Assembly (NCBI GenBank): GCA_947479645.1
Contig: CANKAJ010000001.1
Span: 10,009 to 74,008 of the forward strand
Reading direction: 5' to 3'
DNA length: 64,000 bases
From: Betaproteobacteria bacterium
GTDB taxonomy: Bacteria > Pseudomonadota > Gammaproteobacteria > Burkholderiales > SG8-39
The position numbers were made by a program, and so were the translations under genes. The stretch's first letter is position 1, and each line of letters starts with the position of its first letter. Under the pieces are notes generated by a model that saw nothing but the letters and a program-made list of their open reading frames with translations, had not been told where the DNA came from and ran no database searches. Shown here in pieces: positions 58,111 to 64,000 of the stretch.

Positions 58111-59100
58111 ATGTCGAGAGCGGTCCACCCGCGCGATGCCTTGTTTCCAGGGGAAAACTCCATCCCGATCATCTCATCCTGTGAACATTATGCTGGAAGT
58201 GAAAAATTGATCGCTAAGGCTATGGAGCTGCAAGAAAAACTCGGCCCTATTTTCGACATAACATGCGATTGCGAGGATGGCGCGCAGGCTGGCATGGAAA
58301 TAGAACACGTCGAAATGGTTGTGCGCGCTCTGAAAAGCAGTGCGAATAGATACAAACAGGCTGGTGTTCGGATTCATGACTACTTCCAGTCACACTGGAA
58401 AAAAGAGGTTGAAACGCTAATCTGCGGCGCAGGAGAAGTTCTCTCATATATAACAATCCCTAAAGCAACTGCTACAAAGCAGGTAGCAGATATGATTAAT
58501 CATATTCAGAAGGTCGCATTAGGCAAGGGTATTAAAAGAGAGATTCCCATCCACGTATTGATAGAAACGCACGGTGCATTGCGGGATGCATACGAAATAG
58601 CTGGCCTCCCATGGGTTAAGGTGCTCGATTTCGGTCAGATGGATTTCGTTTCAGGTCATCATGGCGCAATACCGGCATCGGCAATGCGATCTCCGAATCA
58701 ATTTGAACATCGATTACTTGCGCGGGCCAAAACAGAAGTGGTTGCCGCGGCTCTCGCCAATGGTGTAATTCCCTCACATAATGTGACATTGGACCTTAAG
58801 AACTCTTACACGACTTACCAAGATGCTTGGCGTGCCAGATATGAATTTGGGTTTCTTAGAATGTGGTCCATTTACCCATTGCAGATTCAGCAAATAGTCG
58901 ATGCCATGAAACCCAGCTACGAAGACGTGGAAGATGGCGCAAATATCTTGGTCGCGGCTCAAAAGAATAATTGGGGGCCCATTCAATACAAGGCTGAATT
59001 GCATGATCGTGCAACATTTCGGTACTACTGGGATGTTCTGCAGAAGGCTCATATTTCCGGGGTAAGAATACCGGACGAGGCCAAGATGGCATTCTTTTGA
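58111..59100 (+). CDS. HpcH/HpaI aldolase / citrate-lyase-beta (CitE)-like CoA-ester lyase family protein
   Basis: 329 aa. ...ITCDCEDGA..., ...IPKA......, ...IHVLIETHGAL... and ...DFGQMDF... resemble the CitE/malyl-CoA-lyase TIM-barrel metal and substrate motifs. Specificity unknown. Confidence 0.75.
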   Translation: MSRAVHPRDALFPGENSIPIISSCEHYAGSEKLIAKAMELQEKLGPIFDITCDCEDGAQAGMEIEHVEMVVRALKSSANRYKQAGVRIHDYFQSHWKKEVETLICGAGEVLSYITIPKATATKQVADMINHIQKVALGKGIKREIPIHVLIETHGALRDAYEIAGLPWVKVLDFGQMDFVSGHHGAIPASAMRSPNQFEHRLLARAKTEVVAAALANGVIPSHNVTLDLKNSYTTYQDAWRARYEFGFLRMWSIYPLQIQQIVDAMKPSYEDVEDGANILVAAQKNNWGPIQYKAELHDRATFRYYWDVLQKAHISGVRIPDEAKMAFF

Positions 59101-59157
59101 ATGTCGTATGGTTTAGGGAGGCCTTTGACTGATGAAAAACTTTTTGATGGAGGCAGT

Positions 59158-60057
59158 ATGAATGTAATAAATCCAGGTAAAAAATTTCGCACCGCATTGA
59201 TGGAAGAGAAGCCGTTGCAATGCGTTGGCACTATCAATGCTTATCATGCCCGGCTTGCAGAACACAGTGGATATAAAGCCATCTATCTTTCAGGTGGAGG
59301 AGTAGCTGCCGGATCTCTTGGACTTCCCGATTTGGGAATTTCCAATCTTGATGACATTCTCATTGATGTCAGAAGAATCACCGATGTTTGTTCATTACCG
59401 CTTGTCGTTGATGTTGACACCGGATTCGGTTCAAGCGCGTTCAATATTGCTAGAACTGTCAAGTCACTAATTAAGGCAGGAGCTGCGGCTCTTCACATTG
59501 AAGACCAAGTGGGAGCAAAGCGCTGTGGACACCGCCCTAACAAGGAATTGGTCTCTACAGAAGAAATGGTTGATCGGGTCAAAGCTGCGGTAGACGCGAG
59601 AGTTGATTCTGATTTTTTTATCTGGGCGCGCACTGATGCTCTCGCAGTCGAAGGTTTGGAGGCTGCATTAGACAGGGCAAGCCGATGTATAGAAGCTGGT
59701 GCCGATGGAATATTTCCCGAGGCGATGACTGATCTGAAAATGTACAGAACTTTCGCCGAAACCGTAAAAGCGCCAATACTGGCCAACATAACCGAGTTTG
59801 GATCGACCCCACTCTACACTTTGGAAGAACTTCGATCGGCAAATGTATCTCTTGCTTTATATCCATTGTCCGCATTTCGGGCGATGAATAGGGCTGCTCT
59901 TAACGTCTTTCAGACGCTCCGACGTGAAGGAACTCAAAAAAATGTCGTGGCCACAATGGAAACACGCACGGAATTGTATGAGCATTTGGACTACCACTCC
60001 TACGAGCAACGACTTGATGCCCTGTTTGCGAAAGGGAAGATGTCACGCGAGCATTGA
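59158..60057 (+). CDS. prpB: methylisocitrate lyase
   Basis: The track opens at 59101. ATG 59158 is preceded by GGAGG and gives [31 protein letters not shown].... ...DVDTGFG... and catalytic loop ...[18 protein letters not shown]. Confidence 0.9.
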   Translation: MNVINPGKKFRTALMEEKPLQCVGTINAYHARLAEHSGYKAIYLSGGGVAAGSLGLPDLGISNLDDILIDVRRITDVCSLPLVVDVDTGFGSSAFNIARTVKSLIKAGAAALHIEDQVGAKRCGHRPNKELVSTEEMVDRVKAAVDARVDSDFFIWARTDALAVEGLEAALDRASRCIEAGADGIFPEAMTDLKMYRTFAETVKAPILANITEFGSTPLYTLEELRSANVSLALYPLSAFRAMNRAALNVFQTLRREGTQKNVVATMETRTELYEHLDYHSYEQRLDALFAKGKMSREH

Positions 60058-60108
60058 TCCTGCTGCTACATGAGCTAACGATATATTCGAATTAACTGGA
60101 GACATAAT

Positions 60109-61260
60109 ATGAGCGAATCTTCATCAGGACAAAAACCGAAAAAGTCTGTTGCACTCTCGGGCGTAATCGCTGGGAACACCGCTTTATGCACCGTTGGTCG
60201 TTCTGGCAATGACTTGCACTATCGCGGTTACGATATTCTGGACTTCGCGGATGAAGCGGAATTTGAAGAAGTCGCTTACCTGTTGATTCACGAGAAGCTC
60301 CCCAATCAAGCTGAATTGACTGCATACAAGAACCGTCTCAAAGCGCTTCGTGGATTGCCTGCTAATCTAAAGGCAGCCCTTGAATGGCTCCCTCCATCTG
60401 CGCATCCCATGGACGTGCTGCGCACTGGTGCTTCAGTTCTCGGTACCCTGCTTCCTGAAAAGGAGGACCATAATATTCCTGGTGCTAGAGATATCGCAGA
60501 TCGATTAATGGCGTGCTTTGGGTCCATGTTGCTGTATTGGTATCACTACAGTTTCAATGGAAAACGTATTGACACAGATACTGATGATGACTCCATTGGC
60601 GGCCATTTTCTGCATCTATTGCACGGCAAGACGCCATCAGAGGAATGGGTACGCGCAATGCATACTTCTCTGGTGCTTTACGCTGAGCACGAATTCAATG
60701 CTTCCACTTTCACCGCGCGCGTCATTGCGGGAACAGGTTCAGATATTTACTCGGCAATTTCTGGCGCAATCGGAGCTCTGCGAGGCCCGAAGCACGGCGG
60801 TGCAAATGAAATCGCTTTTGAAGTGCAGTCTCGATATGAAAGCACCAAAGATGCTGAGGAAGATGTAATTAAGCGAGTTCAAAATAAGGAAGTTGTAATC
60901 GGGTTCGGACATCCAGTCTATACAACAGGTGATCCTAGAAATAAGGTTATAAAGGCGGTTGCGCAGCGCCTTTCAAAGACTGCTGGAAGTATGAAGTTGT
61001 TCAATATTGCGGAATGTCTAGAAACAGTCATGTGGCGTGAAAAGAAGATGTTCGCCAATCTTGACTGGTTCAGTGCAGTTTCTTATCACATGTTGAACGT
61101 TCCTACCGCCATGTTTACCCCGCTCTTCGTAATATCACGAACATCGGGATGGGCTGCACATATTATTGAACAGCGCGTTGACGGAAAAATTATACGACCG
61201 GGTGCAAATTACTTTGGACCGGAAAATCAAAAGTGGATTCCGTTGAAACGCAGGAAATAA
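60109..61260 (+). CDS. prpC: 2-methylcitrate synthase (citrate synthase type, 383 aa)
   Basis: ...[15 protein letters not shown]..., ...[13 protein letters not shown]..., ...[13 protein letters not shown].... Sits between prpB and prpD. Confidence 0.9.
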   Translation: MSESSSGQKPKKSVALSGVIAGNTALCTVGRSGNDLHYRGYDILDFADEAEFEEVAYLLIHEKLPNQAELTAYKNRLKALRGLPANLKAALEWLPPSAHPMDVLRTGASVLGTLLPEKEDHNIPGARDIADRLMACFGSMLLYWYHYSFNGKRIDTDTDDDSIGGHFLHLLHGKTPSEEWVRAMHTSLVLYAEHEFNASTFTARVIAGTGSDIYSAISGAIGALRGPKHGGANEIAFEVQSRYESTKDAEEDVIKRVQNKEVVIGFGHPVYTTGDPRNKVIKAVAQRLSKTAGSMKLFNIAECLETVMWREKKMFANLDWFSAVSYHMLNVPTAMFTPLFVISRTSGWAAHIIEQRVDGKIIRPGANYFGPENQKWIPLKRRK

Positions 61261-61349
61261 GCGTATGCACAAAATCATGTAAAAATGGTATTCGATGCAT
61301 TATCTTGCATCATAATTTGATTTCGTCACCTCTTTCGACAAAGGTTGTT

Positions 61350-62801
61350 ATGTCTGCCAATATTTCCAATATTCGTCCCAAACATGACAAGGTACTGATT
61401 GATATTGTTGACTATGTAACAAAATACAATATTACATCGAAGCTTGCGTATGAAACGGCCCGTAACTGCCTGATCGATACACTAGGGTGTGGATTAGAAG
61501 CGCTGGAGTATCCCGCCTGCACCAAGTTGCTAGGGCCAATAGTTCAGGGCACTGTGGTACCCAATGGCGCAAAGGTTCCCGGTACCCAATTTCAACTTGA
61601 CCCGGTTCAGGCAGCATTCAACATAGGCACGATGATCCGGTGGTTGGATTTTAATGACACTTGGCTTGCAGCCGAATGGGGACATCCTTCTGACAATCTT
61701 GGCGGAATTCTGGCAGTAGCTGATTGGTTGTCGCGAACCGCTCAAGCGAACGGTAGGAAGCCGCTTCTAATGAAAGATGTACTGACGGGAATGATTAAGG
61801 CCCATGAAATTCAGGGCTGTATTGCCCTTGAAAACAGTTTCAACAAAGTAGGATTGGATCATGTGGTACTGGTAAAGGTTGCGTCAACCGCTGTTGTAGC
61901 TCAAATGCTTGGCTTAACACGCGAGGAAATTCTCAATGCTGTCTCGCTTGCTTGGGTAGATGGACAATCAATGCGAACTTACAGGCACGCACCAAATACC
62001 GGATCTCGCAAGAGTTGGGCTGCCGGCGATGCAACATCCCGTGCTGTTAGGCTTGCATTGATGGCGCGAACTGGCGAAATGGGTTATCCCTCTGTTCTTA
62101 CCGCGAAGACTTGGGGTTTTTATGATGTGCTCTTCAAAGGCAATGCGTTCAAGTTTCAGCGGCCTTATGGCGCCTATGTAATGGAAAATGTGTTATTCAA
62201 AATCTCCTTTCCTGCTGAATTTCATTCCCAGACAGCCGTTGAAGCAGCCATGACCCTGCATGAACAACTGCGCACACTTGGCAAAACTGTCGAAGACATT
62301 AAAAAAGTAACAATTCGAACACACGAAGCCTGCATTCGCATCATCGACAAAAAGGGGCCATTAAATAATCCTGCGGATCGTGATCACTGCATCCAATATA
62401 TGGTCGCTGTGCCATTAATTTTTGGTCGGCTGATCGCATCTGATTACGAAGACAAAGTTGCTGCCGATCCTCGAATCGACAGATTGCGCGAAAAAATAGT
62501 TTGCATAGAAGACGAAAGATATACTAAGGACTACCACAACCCTGGAAAACGATCGATTGCGAATGCTTTGACCGTTGAATTCAAGGATGGCAAGCGGATG
62601 CAAGAAGCTGTTGTTGAATATCCGATCGGTCACAAACGTCGTCGCAAGGACGGCATTCCACTGCTGGAACAAAAATTCAAGATTAATTTAGCCCGCCGAT
62701 TTCCAGCTAAGCAACAACAATTGATTCTGCAATTGTCTCTTGATCAGAAGCGTCTTGAAAGTACCAGTGTCTGCGACTTTGTCGACTTATTCGTAATTTG
62801 A
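61350..62801 (+). CDS. prpD: 2-methylcitrate dehydratase
   Basis: The track ORF (61233) overlaps prpC. ATG 61350 gives [23 protein letters not shown].... ...[18 protein letters not shown]... and ...[14 protein letters not shown]... are PrpD signatures. Confidence 0.9.
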   Translation: MSANISNIRPKHDKVLIDIVDYVTKYNITSKLAYETARNCLIDTLGCGLEALEYPACTKLLGPIVQGTVVPNGAKVPGTQFQLDPVQAAFNIGTMIRWLDFNDTWLAAEWGHPSDNLGGILAVADWLSRTAQANGRKPLLMKDVLTGMIKAHEIQGCIALENSFNKVGLDHVVLVKVASTAVVAQMLGLTREEILNAVSLAWVDGQSMRTYRHAPNTGSRKSWAAGDATSRAVRLALMARTGEMGYPSVLTAKTWGFYDVLFKGNAFKFQRPYGAYVMENVLFKISFPAEFHSQTAVEAAMTLHEQLRTLGKTVEDIKKVTIRTHEACIRIIDKKGPLNNPADRDHCIQYMVAVPLIFGRLIASDYEDKVAADPRIDRLREKIVCIEDERYTKDYHNPGKRSIANALTVEFKDGKRMQEAVVEYPIGHKRRRKDGIPLLEQKFKINLARRFPAKQQQLILQLSLDQKRLESTSVCDFVDLFVI

Positions 62802-62854
62802 GAATTCAAATCCGAAACCATTGAACATACAGTTCACGAAACTTGGAGTTAATC

Positions 62855-64000
62855 GTGCCACACAATCTTTACAACACATTTCAAAAATTCAAATATCTGG
62901 GAAAAACTGGGAGCTACTATTCCCTTCCGAAATTGGAAAAAGAGCTGGGTATAAAGATTTCCCGACTTCCAGTTTCAATCCGAATTGTGCTTGAGTCAGT
63001 TTTACGTAACTGCGACGGCAAGAAGGTAACTGAAGATCATGTTAAACAACTTTCAAGTTGGAAACCTAACGCCGATCGTACAGATGAGATTCCATTTGTT
63101 GTATCGCGCATAGTCTTACAGGATTTCACTGGCGTCCCCCTTCTAGCGGATCTGGCGGCGATGCGTGGTGTCGCAAAGAAAATGGGGAAGGATCCAAAGG
63201 TAATTGAACCGTTGGTTCCAGTCGATTTAGTGGTTGATCATTCAATTCAGATTGACCACTATGGAGAAAAGAATGCGCTTGACTTGAATATGAAACTGGA
63301 ATTTCAGCGCAATAATGAACGATACGAATTCATGAAATGGGGCATGCAGGCTTTCGATACTTTTAAGGTTGTCCCACCAGGAATAGGCATTGTTCATCAA
63401 GTAAATCTCGAATATTTGGCACGCGGCGTCCATAGTAAGGAAGGCGTGTTCTATCCCGATACGCTTGTTGGAACAGACAGTCATACAACAATGATCAATG
63501 GAATTGGCGTAGTCGGTTGGGGGGTCGGTGGAATAGAAGCGGAAGCCGGCATGCTTGGTCAACCTGTCTATTTCCTGACGCCTGATGTAGTCGGCGTTAA
63601 TTTGAAAGGTGCGCTACGAGGTGGTGTTACAGCAACGGACCTGGTGCTAACCGTTACCGAAATGCTTCGCCGAGCCAAGGTTGTTGGTAAATTTGTCGAG
63701 TTCTTTGGTGATGGAGTCGAAACTCTAGCGCTTCCCGACCGAGCCACTATTGCAAATATGGCGCCGGAGTATGGCGCAACAATGGGATTCTTTCCGGTCG
63801 ATGACGTGACAATAGATTATTTCAAGGGTTCAGGACGCACCGACGAGGAAATCGCTGCATTTGCTGCCTATTTTAAGGCACAGGGATTGTATGGCGTACC
63901 GAAAAAAGGACAAATTGACTACAGTGAAGTTTTAGAACTTGATCTTGGAACTGTTGCCCCATCACTAGCTGGGCCAAAGCGACCACAGGATCGAATCGAA
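62855..64000 (+). CDS. acnA: aconitate hydratase, AcnA/AcnD type, N-terminal 382 codons (3' end outside window)
   Basis: Not in the ORF track because no stop is reached. GTG 62855, 7 nt after GGAG, opens a frame to the window edge: [28 protein letters not shown]...[20 protein letters not shown]...[12 protein letters not shown]...[16 protein letters not shown]...[14 protein letters not shown]. These are classic aconitase A motifs. Confidence 0.9.
   Translation, partial: MPHNLYNTFQKFKYLGKTGSYYSLPKLEKELGIKISRLPVSIRIVLESVLRNCDGKKVTEDHVKQLSSWKPNADRTDEIPFVVSRIVLQDFTGVPLLADLAAMRGVAKKMGKDPKVIEPLVPVDLVVDHSIQIDHYGEKNALDLNMKLEFQRNNERYEFMKWGMQAFDTFKVVPPGIGIVHQVNLEYLARGVHSKEGVFYPDTLVGTDSHTTMINGIGVVGWGVGGIEAEAGMLGQPVYFLTPDVVGVNLKGALRGGVTATDLVLTVTEMLRRAKVVGKFVEFFGDGVETLALPDRATIANMAPEYGATMGFFPVDDVTIDYFKGSGRTDEEIAAFAAYFKAQGLYGVPKKGQIDYSEVLELDLGTVAPSLAGPKRPQDRIE

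Noticed and set aside
1-64000. Search for CRISPR arrays, tRNA/rRNA genes, IS elements/integrases, prophage genes, toxin-antitoxin pairs and known defence-system signatures
   Set aside because: No direct-repeat/spacer arrays, no cloverleaf-sized conserved RNAs in the spacers (the largest are 553, 449 and 425 nt), and no transposase, integrase, nuclease-ATPase or TA-like ORFs were recognisable. The absence is based on reading only, not on a model-based scan.

Overview
This 64-kb chromosomal window looks betaproteobacterial (Burkholderiales/Alcaligenaceae-like gene content; this is inference, no search was run). It falls into two parts.

(i) nt 1-27,800 is an accessory-looking, compositionally patchy region. 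My hand counts on single 60-nt lines range from 50 to 67% GC. It holds nine intact and one decayed Bug/TctC-family periplasmic binding-protein genes, with no TctA/TctB membrane partner. These are interleaved with CoA-dependent catabolic enzymes: a Baeyer-Villiger monooxygenase, two crotonases, three acyl-CoA dehydrogenases, an MmgE/PrpD protein, an atypical SDR and an enone-reductase-type oxidoreductase. The region also contains an orphan OmpR/TctD-like response regulator, an atypical J-domain protein and several proteins of unknown function.

(ii) nt 27,900-64,000 is core housekeeping (spot counts 42-53% GC). It contains mltG-tmk-holB-tatD-ankyrin, ygfZ, mtnA, an aromatic aminotransferase, uvrB, an LMW phosphatase, lexA with an SOS box, and a CoA-transferase/acuI pair. 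It ends in a 20-kb TCA/methylcitrate supercluster: zapE-lpdA-sucB-sucA-gltA-sdhE-sdhBADC-gntR, then divergently mdh-citE-like-prpB-prpC-prpD-acnA. acnA runs off the 3' edge and is absent from the ORF track.

I saw no rRNA/tRNA, CRISPR array, transposase/integrase, or recognisable defence or toxin-antitoxin system.

Most noteworthy observations:
- a translationally coupled SDR / MmgE-PrpD / ACAD / ACAD / Bug operon of unknown substrate
- a BVMO module lacking an esterase and a regulator
- a high-GC pair of a Bug gene and an unknown 351-aa protein
- two genes (one Bug, one family III CoA-transferase) reduced to head-plus-tail deletion scars
- a TPR protein interrupted at a T7 run
- a short hairpin motif with an invariant TGAAATT loop recurring three times in intergenic DNA

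All family assignments come from reading the translated ORFs and recognising motifs. None has been verified by a database search.
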